Below the pieces are notes generated by a model. The model was not told the DNA's origin and made no database searches. It saw nothing but the letters and a program-made list of their open reading frames with translations. Shown in pieces: positions 13,420-24,279 of a DNA stretch of 64,000 bases. This DNA comes from Narcine bancroftii (taxonomy: Eukaryota): contig NC_091472.1 in the NCBI RefSeq assembly GCF_036971445.1, positions 250,480,001-250,544,000 of the forward strand, read 5' to 3'. How positions within the stretch are numbered: the first letter of the stretch is position 1; each line of letters opens with the position of its first letter. The position numbers and the translations under genes were made by a program.

Positions 13420-13549
13420 ACATGGTCAGGACCTTGGCTTTATACCATGGGCCCTTTGGGCCCACCTGGTGGTCGGATGTCATTAGGCAGGGTGCCGTTG
13501 TCTCTAGGCCACCTGTTGGCCAAGTGATGTACCATAGTGTATCATCACA
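9206..13549 (-). mobile_element. Degenerate Gypsy/Ty3 LTR retrotransposon, CsRn1-like clade
   Basis: Gag (VSLKLPNFWASQPQVWFEQAEALF, 13182-12865), protease (FLVDTRAEVSVL), RT/RNase H (MPFSLKNAAQAFNRLMD; LQEFVGMINFY; LLVDTSGIAVGSVLEQ) and integrase (HDLAHPS; DRFTRWPETIP) remnants, all with stops or frameshifts. Degenerate tRNA-Trp-type PBS TGGTGACTCTGAC at 13218-13206; PPT-like GGTTCTGGGG near 9475-9484; LTR-like ends at 9206-9464 and 13220-13549. Confidence 0.85.
13351..13418 (+). repeat. (GA)n microsatellite inside the LTR-like segment
   Basis: Direct reading of the sequence. Confidence 0.95.
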
Positions 13550-14438
13550 TGTGAAGTGGGAGAAAAAGAATGGTTAATGTTCTGAGGCAAAACCTTTTAT
13601 CAAGACTGGGGAGATTTAGGAGAAAAGCAAGTGTAAGACAATACAATTCATTTATACTGATATGGTTCTGTTTCAGTGACAGAACTGAAAAGATTAGTTC
13701 TAGGTCATAAAGTTAAAACCAGATTGCACTGATAATTTCATGCTCCTATAGACATATTTCCTGGACTTTTGTGCTGTCCAATATCCCAAATATCTTGTGC
13801 ATGTTCAGTTTAAATCCTTATATCAGTTCTCTGAAACACAACTGATCTGTGATTTTGCTTTAAACTGAACTGGTATATAATCCACTCATTACATCTCATC
13901 TAGTTATAGTTTTCTGTTCCCTGATGTCTTATCACATTCAGCTCTGTCACCAAGGACTGTACAGATGTTGTACTGTGGGTATTTCAAATGAGAAAAATGC
14001 ATCCCCTCACTCTCCACTCCTTTCCATCAAGGCAACTTCATACACTTGTTTTTTCCACTTTTCCAATTCTGATTACTGTTTCTTTCCTTATTGATACTAC
14101 TTGGCTTGCTGTGTGCTTCCAGGATTCTGATTCTTATTGCTTTTAATATTCCTCATCAGATTGCATTCCATAAATAACATCAAAAAAATCAATTCTATTG
14201 CATTTGAAAGCACAACTATCGAAAGTGAAAATAAATGTTAAACTGTTGGTTCATTAAACCTGTATAAAATTATAGTTTTCTCTACAAGAATAAGAAACAT
14301 ATTTTCATCAACAGGATAAATCAGCTATTTTCTCAAATTACTAAAAGAGTTGTTAAAGCCCAGAATCCTATCTGGTCCAACTAGTTATATCAGTTTAGTT
14401 CATAAATAATATTCTTCATATTATACAAAAATACATAC

Positions 14439-14506
14439 CACTGAAATGAACTTTGAATGACAGTTTGTTGTGAGTTGGTCACGAAATTTCCTTTGATAAG
14501 GAGACA
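14439..14506 (-). other. Candidate small upstream exon of ANKAR
   Basis: Acceptor attaactcttag| and donor TG|gtatgt; 68 nt; stop-free in the frame that joins EEAHRK at 7940. No homology support. Confidence 0.3.
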
Positions 14507-15299
14507 CTAAGAGTTAATATATCAGGATAAATAAATTAGTTTGCTAAAACAGCAATTCTCAGAAGATAGCAAATTAATATACAGATTAAGGGAAATAGTT
14601 TTGGTCATTTACAGTTCTCATTAACTTTAAGAGCAGCCAAAGCCCTTTGAAACTGATACAAGTGTTACCCTTTTAATACTGTTCTAAGTAGTGCTCTTAG
14701 ATTTTGTTGAGGTTGGCAACATTTTCCTGTGACGGAATGTTTTCAGTCGAGGGTAGATTGCTGATGAGCTGAACTGGAGGAAGGTCAATGAGGATAAAGA
14801 AGTTCTGATTTGAGAACTGATATATTTTTGTTGTGATTGATAACATCATTGAAGTTACAATGTTAAAATTGGAAGTGTCGACAGGACCGTGGAGTTGTAC
14901 TGAGGTCAGTCGTGTTACTGCAGTTAGCACAATTCCATTGAGAATGATTGGGTTACTTAAGCAGATGTAGCAATGCTGAGGCCAATAAAGAAATGGGAAG
15001 GTTTGTAGGGAGTTGGCAATAGTGTTAGGAGAATATTACTGGAGATTGTCAGTGAATTATCAAACTGAAGATTGGTGGAGTCCTGTTGATGGTAAAGCTT
15101 ATTGAAAATGCCAAGCTGGTACTGACAATGATATGAAACTGGAAAATATCACTTAAGGTTTGTAGAGTTCAAGTTATAATAGATAAAAATAAAATATACG
15201 GGTGAGGTTGTCCCCCACACTGCTGGAGTTAGACGATCGTCACTGAGGGAAGGGGGCTAGAGATGACAGCCTGTCGCTGGGGCAAGCCAACTCGACCTG

Positions 15300-15720
15300 A
15301 AAGTGACAGCACCTCAGTGGTGAGACCGCAGCTGGAGTTGGCACACTGAGGTGGGTGAAACTACAGTGAGGCTAGTCCCTGGAGCGAGGGGAGGAGGTCG
15401 TGTCGCTGGACCCGGTGGGCTGTTCCCGAGCTGCTGGATCGCGCATGCCCCAAGCGCGGTCAGCTCCTTCGCCTGCCCGTGGGCAGTTGAACCTCGCGCG
15501 GCGTCTCCCGGGCAACGCCGCCGGCCCAACCACGAGCCTCTGCGCGGAATGTTGCCTCTTCCGGTTTCCGCTGCTGCCCCGCGCAACCGCCGACGTGCCA
15601 GGTAAAGCTCTGTGCGTTGACTGGGCCCTGCGTTCCGTGGACCCCCCCCCATTGCGAATCGGACGGCTCCGGCTGTTTCATGGCCTTCTCTTTCCATCTG
15701 CAAGCTTTCTGTTCCACTTG
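15300..15720. promoter_or_regulatory. CpG-island bidirectional promoter shared by ANKAR (-) and the nucleotidyltransferase gene (+)
   Basis: Sharp local rise in GC and CpG between two divergent genes. RFX X-box-like GTCTCCCGGGCAAC at 15503-15516, ETS CTTCCGG near 15557, NRF1-like GCGCATGC near 15441, and a plus-strand donor CAG|GTAAAG at 15601/15602. Confidence 0.75.
15545..15601 (+). other. Probable non-coding first exon of the nucleotidyltransferase gene (5' boundary approximate)
   Basis: Donor CCAG|GTAAAG inside the CpG island; matching acceptor tctcttccggcag| at 16110-16111, just before the ATG. Confidence 0.5.
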
Positions 15721-16128
15721 CGGCCAGTCTTGAATAGAAAGCCGCCACGCCGATTAAACGCTCATCTGCATTTTAGGAAAGGCTTGGTCTGACTGGGTCA
15801 CCTGGGACTTCGGATAGGAATTCGCCAGCCAGTGTCAGCTCTTTGCAGCTTGTCCACACCACCCCTTGGTCCTGGGGTGTCACCAGAACCGGGTCAATTC
15901 TCGCACAGCTCCAGTACGTGCGCCAAGTGTTGGAGGAGGAATGGGAAGGGGGTTCTCGTGCATTTTATTATTGAGATGAGTAGCAAAAAGAAACTTTATC
16001 GAATAAAATCCTCGAACTTCAATGGGAAATAGCTTCAAAAAATAGTGGTGATATGTTAAAAAAAAATTGGTGATAGCACGTAAGCTCTGTGTTGTTGATC
16101 TCTTCCGGCAGGATACACTGCAGATACC

Positions 16129-16320
16129 ATGAAAGCTCTTATTCTAGCCGCCGGCTACGGCACAAGGTTGAACCGTGATCTACAGAGTGACGACAGCGGA
16201 GATTTCAAGCATCTCCTTGGCATCCCGAAGCCCCTTCTCCCAGTAGGGCATCAGCCACTTATAAGTCATTGGCTGTCAACGATAAGCAAGATCAACTCTA
16301 TTGATACAGTTTATGTCGTT
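16129..16320 (+). CDS. Sugar-1-phosphate nucleotidyltransferase (NTP_transferase family), coding exon 1 of 8
   Basis: accATG Kozak context; MKALILAAGYGTRL...GIPKPLLPVG signature; donor GTT|gtacgt, phase 0. Confidence 0.92.
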
Positions 16321-17741
16321 GTACGTTGATATATTGATTTTTTCCCCCCGAAAAAGAGACCTGTTTGAACGATCACAGCTATAATTATGACAAGGAATAA
16401 TTTCATCCTGTGCAGAAGACATAAAACTTGGAAATGCAGTAAACTTCAAGGAATATAATAATATAATGATATGGGCAGATAGATGGTTTATTGCAAAAAA
16501 AGGGTACATTAATACTTTGGTAAAAGCATAAGTAGAGACTGTTTGAACAGATGGCTACAATTTTAGGTGACGCAAACAGGAAGCCTGTGTGCACTGAAAG
16601 GCTGCTAAAAATGTGGATTTGGCTCTATAATTAAGTGGAATAGAGCCAAAATTAAAGTTTATACAAAATATGAAAAACACAACTTAGGCCTCAGTTGGAA
16701 TACATTTCCATGCTGGATATCAGATTTTTTTTTTAAAAAAGGACGTCAAGGAAGGATGAAAAATAAAGGGATTTTTATCCTTTAAGTAGATAAAGCTGAA
16801 AGAAGTTTTGATGCTGATTTTAAAAACAATTCTTTATGAATTCTAATGAAGATAACACAGTAAATAACAGATTTCATAGTCATATACAGATTTAAGGTGT
16901 CAGTAAAAGAAGCAGAGGTGACAAAAACAAATTGATGTTATGATTTGTTATAATCTCTAGGTGTTGGAAGCAGATTTAGTAGCTTCCCAAAGTGAAGTGG
17001 AAAGTCAACTCAACCAGAAAAAAAAGAGATGAAGTGAGTGGGATAAATTAGCTCCAAATTGACCAATGAGCCAACTGCCTTACTGGGTTTAAGTTGGAAC
17101 TTTCTGAAAGCCATTATGAAATTATTTTCCTAATTTCTATATTTCAAATTGGTATGAAAACATGGTTATTTGACCTGTTTACAAAATCATTTTGCCCTTA
17201 GGAAATTTATTTAAACAGAAGGTAGATTTTCAGTGCTTTTTTTTTATTTCAAAAAGGCACGTCTTTTTAAAAGTAAAATCAAAGACTTCCACATTGCCTG
17301 CCAAGGTGATGTATTATTTGAAGGTATCAGCCAAAGAAATTGTTGATCAAAAATACCAGGGTCCAAATCAGTACTAGAGATATTAAAAAAATTAAACACA
17401 TTTGATCTTTTTTAAAACCACAAATTGTTCATTGCATGAATTTCAGCACAGAATTGGAAATAGATGGTAATTTTAAATTATAGATGGGAATAATGAGGAA
17501 GTAATTGATTTATTTTCCTCATGCTCCATTTGCATATTCCAAATGCCAAGTCATCATTTTAATTCCCAGTTTAGTTCGTCGTTTATCATGGGTCAATTAT
17601 CTGAATATTATGGAGAAATCATGCTTGAAAATTGAATTTATTTTCAGTATTTTTACATTTATATTTGGGGTCAAATGAAACTTTAATTCCTATAGCCTTA
17701 TTGATTAATGCAAATATGCTAATTGCTAATGATCTTTGCAG

Positions 17742-17831
17742 ACAAATGATCTCTATTATGCAAAATTTGAAGATTGGGCAAAGGAGTTTCAAAATGTTAA
17801 AGTCTTAAATGATGGTACAAGAAGTAACGAG
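17742..17831 (+). CDS. Nucleotidyltransferase coding exon 2
   Basis: ttgcag| TNDLYYAKFEDWAKEFQNVKVLNDGTRSNE |gtgggt; 90 nt, phase 0-0. Confidence 0.88.
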
Positions 17832-18067
17832 GTGGGTATTCTGTTATATCCAGGATCTTCAATCAATGATTTGGGGCTATTGATCTTCAAAAACATTGGA
17901 TAACCAATGAAATTATATACACTTTTTGGATGAAATTAAACCTCAAATCGATTATTATTTTACTTTAATTCTTTTCCAAAAAGTAAGAGAAATACTTGTT
18001 CAGAAAATGAGTATTTATCAGCAATGATGGTGATGATTCATTTATGAATGATTGGTGAATTAAATTA

Positions 18068-18486
18068 CAGTACAACTCTGATTATCCAAAATTAGACTAT
18101 CCAAAATTCTCAGTTATCCAAAGTTTTTTGGACCCAGAAGTGACGTCCTTTTTAGCTCTGAAATGTTTTTTTTTGGATAATTTAGGATTTCATAAAAATC
18201 AGAAATCCTCATTTTGCCTCTGAAAATTTTTGGATAAATGAGGATATCCGAAATAAACAGAAATCCTCATTTATTTGAGTTTTTTTGTGTTGGATTTATC
18301 TTATTTTGTTCAGGTTATTTTTTTGGCGAGAATTAAACATTATTTCATACTTAAAAAGCCTTCCTATGATGTTTAAAGACTGTTACAAGTGATTTGCTGT
18401 TTTAAAAAAATGTCCAGTTAGCCGAAAATATTGTTTATTCGAAATGGGCCCAATCCCAATCATTTTGGATCATCGGAGTTGTACTG
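18068..18486. mobile_element. Tigger/pogo-like MITE
   Basis: TIRs CAGTACAACTCTGATTATCCAAAA / TTTTGGATCATCGGAGTTGTACTG flanked by TA on both sides; internal palindromic repeats. Confidence 0.8.
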
Positions 18487-18559
18487 TATTAGTTTCCAAA
18501 TGTTCTTCCCTTTTACATATAGATAGTGCTTGTATAGAACATTAGAAAGTCGTAACATT

Positions 18560-18740
18560 TAAAAATTTATATTTAGACATACAGCACGATAACAAGCCCT
18601 ACTGGCCACGAGCCTGTGCCGCCCAAATACCGCAATTAACCTACAACCCCCATACGTTTTGAAGGATGGGAGGAAACCCATGCAAAAACTCATAACTAAC
18701 ACTACTGCATTTAAACCCAGATCACTGGCACCAGTGCCAC
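18560..18740 (-). mobile_element. tRNA-derived V-SINE (HE1-like) fragment
   Basis: Homologous to 40678-40920 (gggaggaaac core, aattaacctac, tttagacatacagcac tail). Confidence 0.6.
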
Positions 18741-18779
18741 CCTTATCTATGTTTAGATTAGGTTAGGTTATAATTAAGG

Positions 18780-19760
18780 TTCAAAGTTCAGATTTATTGT
18801 GAGAGCTCATACATATCATCCCATACAACCCTGAGATTCTTTTTTCCTGTGGGCCAGGCAGAATTTCTACTAATAGTAGTGAAAAAAATTGAACGTTGAG
18901 TGAGTGGGGAGAGGGGGAAAAAGGGGAGAAAATGACACTGTGTATATTCAAGAGGTAAATGTTTGTGTGTATTTTGGTCAGTATGGTTCGTAGTGTGAAA
19001 AAAAAAATTAAAAAAAAGAAAGATGGATATAAAAAAAAGAGAAAAGTAAACAAAGAAACAAATGTGAACAAACTGTTCAATACAGAAAAAAATATTCAGT
19101 TATAAATATTGTGCAAAGTAAGAGTCCTTAAATGAGCTTCTGATTGAGTATGTTGTGGCTGAGTCTGATGATGGAGGGGTAGCAACTGTTCCTGAACCTG
19201 ATAGTATGAGCCTTATGGCACCTACACTTCTTTCCTGATGGCAGCACTGAGAACAGAGCATCTCCTGGGTGGTATGGATCCTTGATGATCGGCGCTAGTG
19301 TCTGACGGCAGCATTCCATGTAGACGTTCCCAATGGTGGGGAGATTTTTGCCTGTGATATACTGGGCTGTGTCCACTATTTTTTTGCAGGTCTCAGGTAT
19401 TGGTTCCTCCATACCAGGCAGTGATGCAGCCAGTCAGCACACTTTCCACTACACATTTGTAGAAGTTTACCCTTTTTTCAAAAGTCATACCAAATCTCTG
19501 CAAACTCCTAAGAAAGTAGAGGTGCTGATGTGCTTTCTTCACAATTTCATTTGTGTGATGGGTCCAGGAAAGGTCCTCCAAGATTGACTCCCAGGAATTT
19601 AAATTTGCTCAGCTTCTTTACCTCGAATCCCCCAATGATCACTGGATCGTACAACTCTGGTTTCCCTTCCTAAACCAGCTCCTTGGTTTTGGTGACATTG
19701 AGTGGGAGGTTGTTGTTAGTTCACCATTCAGCTAAGTTTTCAATCTCCCTCCTGTATACT
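18780..19760 (-). mobile_element. Rex1/Babar-like LINE, 3' portion
   Basis: EDLSWTHH..KKAHQHLYFLR..ESVLTGCITAWYG..HPGDALFSVLPSGK..RFRNSCYP; homologous to 27030-28070. Confidence 0.8.
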
Positions 19761-20490
19761 GTATGTATTGAGGTTGAACCTCAGGTTCATACTTGATGAA
19801 CTTGAGCTGATTCAAAATGCTGTAACTTCCTATGATGGTCAGTAAATTCATGCATACAAAATATGGCTTTGGCTCCTCATGCTTATTGCATCATTTCCAG
19901 AAGATCACAATTGATTTGCTACTTCATTGACACTTTTCAGCACTAATCCCATTCCGCTTGATATCGAAAAATAATTTCTTTGGTCTTAAACATGCAATAA
20001 CAAAATACTTAATAAAAATATAAAATAATAAAGTATTGAATAACTGAGTTACCTTGGCCTTCCGAAGACTCACTGCCCTTCAAGTCGTTACTTCTCAGTT
20101 CTTGACCTGAAAGGCCATCTCCTTGATATAAGACAGGATCCTTATTCTAAACACTCAAACCAGAGGAGTATAGACTGATTCCACCTGACCAAATGTGGTA
20201 ATTATGAACATGGAAAGTATATTTTTGATTGGAGATTAACATTGTAATAAAAGTAACATCCAATTCATAAAGGAATTTTGCAAAACTCCATTCTGCAAGG
20301 AAGCTTTTCTTGAAATGCCAAAGAAATAAATAAAAGGATTGTCCCTATCTTTATATTATTTTAATTTATTAACTTGTAAGTACTGTATTTAACACTGACT
20401 AAAATGTTGTTACTATATTCATCTTTAAATTTACAACTTTAATGAACAGTTATCTTGCCTTTTTTTTACACAAGTTTCTTCTCTTCATAG

Positions 20491-20570
20491 GAACGTCTGG
20501 GTGCTATTGCTTGTCTTCAGCTTGCCATTACTCAATTTGACATCAATGATCATGTATTGATTCTAGGCGG
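20491..20570 (+). CDS. Nucleotidyltransferase coding exon 3
   Basis: cttcatag| ERLGAIACLQLAITQFDINDHVLILGG |gtaagc; 80 nt, phase 0-2. Confidence 0.88.
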
Positions 20571-20676
20571 GTAAGCAACAATACAGAAGTGAAGAGCTAT
20601 TGAATAATTTAAATCAATGCAAATTACTTAAAATATGGAATATTTAACATTCTTTAATAACACACTTTTGAGACTA

Positions 20677-20934
20677 CAGTAAACCCCCTATCATCTGGAA
20701 TTCAAGCAGCCAGCAGCTTCAAAGAACTGGCAAAAAAATCCCCACAAAATAAATAGGTAAAAAAATTGAAAGTTTAAAATTGGCACCTTCACCCCTCCTC
20801 TCCATTCAGCCCCCCCCCCCCCACCAACAGTCAGTTCACAAAACCCTCGCAAGACGCAATCTTAAACAACTGCAAATTCACTTACCAGCATCTACCAACC
20901 CCTATAGGTGCCGGTTAATGGGGGTTTTTACTAG
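20677..20934. mobile_element. Tigger-like MITE (same family as 58017-58238)
   Basis: TIR-like cagtaaaccccctatcatctgg / ccggttaatggggggtttttactag; internal sequence shared with 58017-58238. Confidence 0.65.
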
Positions 20935-22524
20935 GCATTGAAAGTTAAAATAAATTCTGTAGCTTTAATTATTCTGTAGCATTGGCTAATAATAATAGTA
21001 CCCTACGATAAATAATTCAAAGAACAAAATAAGTTAGTCATCATTTTGGTAGGAGGGAAAATAATTCACACTTGAGGCTGGAACCCTTCAAGAGAGAATG
21101 CAGAGGGGAGATGGTCAGTATAAAGAGAACAGAGTGGGAGGGTTGGATGAGGGTTAGGAGATTGGTGAACCAGGGAGAGTTGAGTCATGGGAGGCAGATG
21201 CCTAACAAAGGGGAGGTGAGAGAAAAATGGGAATAATGGGGTGGACAAATACAAGTCATCTCACGTGGAATTGGAGTCAGCTAGAGGTCAGTGATAAATG
21301 GAGATAAAGGCTACTAGTGGTGGAATCTGATGAACTGAACATCTGTAGGTTGAGTGTATTCTGAGGGAGAAGATATACATGCACTTAAATGGACACCAGC
21401 TGATTCGGGATAGTCATGACTTAGAAATCTGAGTTTGAAGATGGGACCAACAATGTTGAGAGGGCAGAGCTGTAGACATATATATGGATTTCAGCAAAGC
21501 ATTCAAAGTTTCACACGGAATGAGAGGAATAGAGCAGGTAACTGCACAGCCTTTTGCCCAGAATAGGGAAAATCAGCAATGAGAGGACACAGGTTTCAGG
21601 TTGGTTGGAGACTGGGGGTGGGGGGGGGGGAGATATAATAGAAACCAATATAGATATATATTACACACACACACTATATATGGATAGGATAGTTTGAGAT
21701 AATAAAGGGGTAACAGGCAGGTGCAGAATTTTGGTCATCATGGGAGAGTTGGGTCAAAGGGGGTTGTTTCCACATTGAGTGAATGTGACTTACCAGATTC
21801 AACATCAATCTCTTTTCTTTCCAACCCTTCCAGCCATCTCTAATCCCATCCTGAATAATTGTTTTCCTTAAGCTTCTTTCTTCATCAGACACTTATCAAT
21901 CATCTAACCCTCCCTTCACCATCTAGCTGTCATCCTTTACCCTTCCTTAGTTCATCAATCTCCTACTGGCCTGTTCAACCTCTCCCACTCTATCCTCATT
22001 ATATTGGCTCTCACCACTCTGCACTCTTAAGTCTTCACAAAACATTGAGCATTCTTTTCCTTCCAATGATGAGGCTCGCCTACCAGAATTCCTTTAGCAG
22101 ATTGTTTATTCCTCCATATTCCAACATCTGCAGTCTCTCATATGTCTTAACTTTTGAAATGATCTGGTTGATCTTTAAATATTATCATTCAAATTTCTAA
22201 ACTCAGAAAGACTAAGTCCACTTAACCTGTGCAAACATTACTTGAAGACAACTTGATTACTATCATTATCAATCTTCCTGTTTTATTATCACATTACTAT
22301 ACATTTTTTGTTTGAATCTACCTCTGAAACAATAGTCCTTTTCACATTGGCAACCTGCTAAACTGGCATGTGAACGACCTTTGTTGAAATACCGGGAGGG
22401 CCATTTGTCTTTTAACCTTAAATATCCAGTATTACAGATCAAAGTGGGGGAGAGCCCAAGCTCCAGTGTTGACATCTTAAGTGACTCATTACGTACACAC
22501 AGGGTAGTGAAATAGTAGCGGGAA

Positions 22525-22672
22525 TAAAGCACATATGCGCACAGTTTATGAAAGAGTGGGGAAAAAAAACATGCACAATTTAATAAGACATATGCGCACA
22601 ATGTATAAAAGTGGGAAAAACATGCACAATTCATGAGATATACCCACGCAATTTATAAAAGAATGTGGGAAA
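22525..22672. repeat. Degenerate ~55-bp tandem repeat, about 2.5 copies
   Basis: Repeated acatatgcgcaca..tataaaagtgggaaaaacatgcacaatt units. Confidence 0.6.
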
Positions 22673-22743
22673 ATCTACTGCAGTGGGCTTCAGACTGTTC
22701 AAAATTGTTCTGGCCTTCATTTTGACTATTTATTTTTCCCCAG

Positions 22744-22859
22744 GGATACATTGTTCTACGAGGACTTCAATCTTTCAGATGTCCTTGCAAAATTTGATGA
22801 GCTGCAGAATATTAACTACGATAACAGTTTGGTTTTGTCATACCTATGCCAAAATGAAG
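22744..22859 (+). CDS. Nucleotidyltransferase coding exon 4
   Basis: ttcccCAG| (G)DTLFYEDFNLSDVLAKFDELQNINYDNSLVLSYLCQNE G|gtcaat; completes the GGD motif; phase 2-1. Confidence 0.85.
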
Positions 22860-22939
22860 GTCAATCCAATAAATTATTACAAATTTTATTTTTTTCTTTG
22901 AACCAATATTTGGGTAAAACTAACACATCATCTTCTTAG

Positions 22940-23040
22940 CAGAAACTGCAAAGTTTGGCATTTTAGAAATAAATGAAAATTTTCAAGTCACTGGATTTAA
23001 AGAAAAACCCAGCTCCACTGAAACAGCATCGCGCAGAGCA
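22940..23040 (+). CDS. Nucleotidyltransferase coding exon 5 (tandem TAG/CAG acceptor; may start at 22943)
   Basis: ETAKFGILEINENFQVTGFKEKPSSTETASRRA with the family's FxEKP motif; donor |gtaaga. Confidence 0.88.
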
Positions 23041-23261
23041 GTAAGATTTTTGGTCTTATATTTATTGGCCATTTCTTCTCTTTAAAAAGTCTATTTGGAA
23101 AAAGTAATTTTAAAAGCATCAGTTCATGCTAGTGCATTCTTGCGGAGCTCATTAACATTTTCATCTTTAATTTCTTTCAGTTAAAACATTTGGCACTTCA
23201 GCACAATATGTCTGGATGAATATTGACTCAAGTTTATCTATTTAAATTTTCTATCTTCCAG

Positions 23262-23330
23262 TGCCCATGCTTTTACATATACTCAAAAAATACAGTTCCA
23301 TTAATTGCAAAATTTCTTCAAGACAAATGG
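23262..23330 (+). CDS. Nucleotidyltransferase coding exon 6
   Basis: cttccag| CPCFYIYSKNTVPLIAKFLQDKW |gtaagt; 69 nt, phase 0-0. Confidence 0.85.
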
Positions 23331-23785
23331 GTAAGTGTTGGGAGTAAATCCATTCTATTAATTTTTAGATCATTTTATAACTGGATAAATATCGGGCAGT
23401 TATCAAGTTGATGAATTAAGTATTAATACATTTTGTGCAAACAGTATTCTATATTGCCTGTAAAAGATTAATTAATACAGTATTTTGAAAACTTTGTATT
23501 TAATATTTTCACTTTCATGTACTCCATTTTCATATAAACAACTCCACAACATGCTTCAAATAGGCAGTAAATCTTTTAAAGTCAATTAGTTAAATGAAAT
23601 ATCTTTTGTTACAATTTAGAAAACTATATTTAAATTGTATGCTCAGATCAAATGTTTGAAATGACCCAAAAGTTCCAATAAACTTTTCCTTTCAATCAAT
23701 TTATCATTTAATAATTTCTTGATAAAATAAGAATTATTTTAGTTGTTTATATAAAATACTTATTTGAAATGTTCTTTTTCAATAG

Positions 23786-23844
23786 AATTCACCCTTGGAA
23801 GAGAGAGATGCACCTGGAAATTTTTTACTTTGGCTCTACTCAAG
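23786..23844 (+). CDS. Nucleotidyltransferase coding exon 7
   Basis: ttcaatag| NSPLEERDAPGNFLLWLYS(R) |gtgaga; 59 nt, phase 0-2. Confidence 0.85.
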
Positions 23845-23914
23845 GTGAGAGTGTCTCAATAAATTATTTTAAAATTTTATGCCATTTTTCTAATTTTTAT
23901 TTTCTATATTGCAG

Positions 23915-24008
23915 GAAACCAGTGTTTGTCTATCACATACGTGGCCGTTTTGATGTTGGGAATCTCCCATCATACATTGAATGTTCCAAATATTTCCAGA
24001 AGTCTTGA
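23915..24008 (+). CDS. Nucleotidyltransferase terminal coding exon
   Basis: attgcag| (R)KPVFVYHIRGRFDVGNLPSYIECSKYFQKS*; contains the family's C-terminal DxG motif. The spliced CDS totals 801 nt (266 aa) with no internal stop. Confidence 0.88.
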
Positions 24009-24279
24009 AACTATAATCTGATTGGAAAGCTGTTAACCATTCCAATGAAGTCTTTAACAAAAAACCTACAATTTCTTTTAACATTTAAAAAATTTACTCA
24101 ATGAAAACAAAGAAAATGAAAACTGTTTGCACCTTCTGTTTTTTTCTTTAAATTTGAATGTTCTTATTGTAGTATTAAGCAAATACAAATGAACTTTCAT
24201 GGACTTCTAATTTTAGTTGAAAATATGCATTTATTTCAGCTGAAAGAATTTCAAGCTTATATCAACAACAATGATGAGA

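Noticed and set aside
13318-13527. ORF with a long ER dipeptide run
   Set aside because: Translation of a (GA)n microsatellite inside an LTR-like segment.
15314-15792. Several overlapping 84-144 aa ORFs
   Set aside because: GC-rich promoter sequence is poor in stop codons, and none has a recognisable motif.
16129-16329. Bacterial-looking RmlA/GalU-type N-terminus suggesting contamination or a recent bacterial transfer
   Set aside because: The gene has seven phase-consistent GT-AG introns within its CDS, some containing host repeats, and sits between syntenic vertebrate genes.
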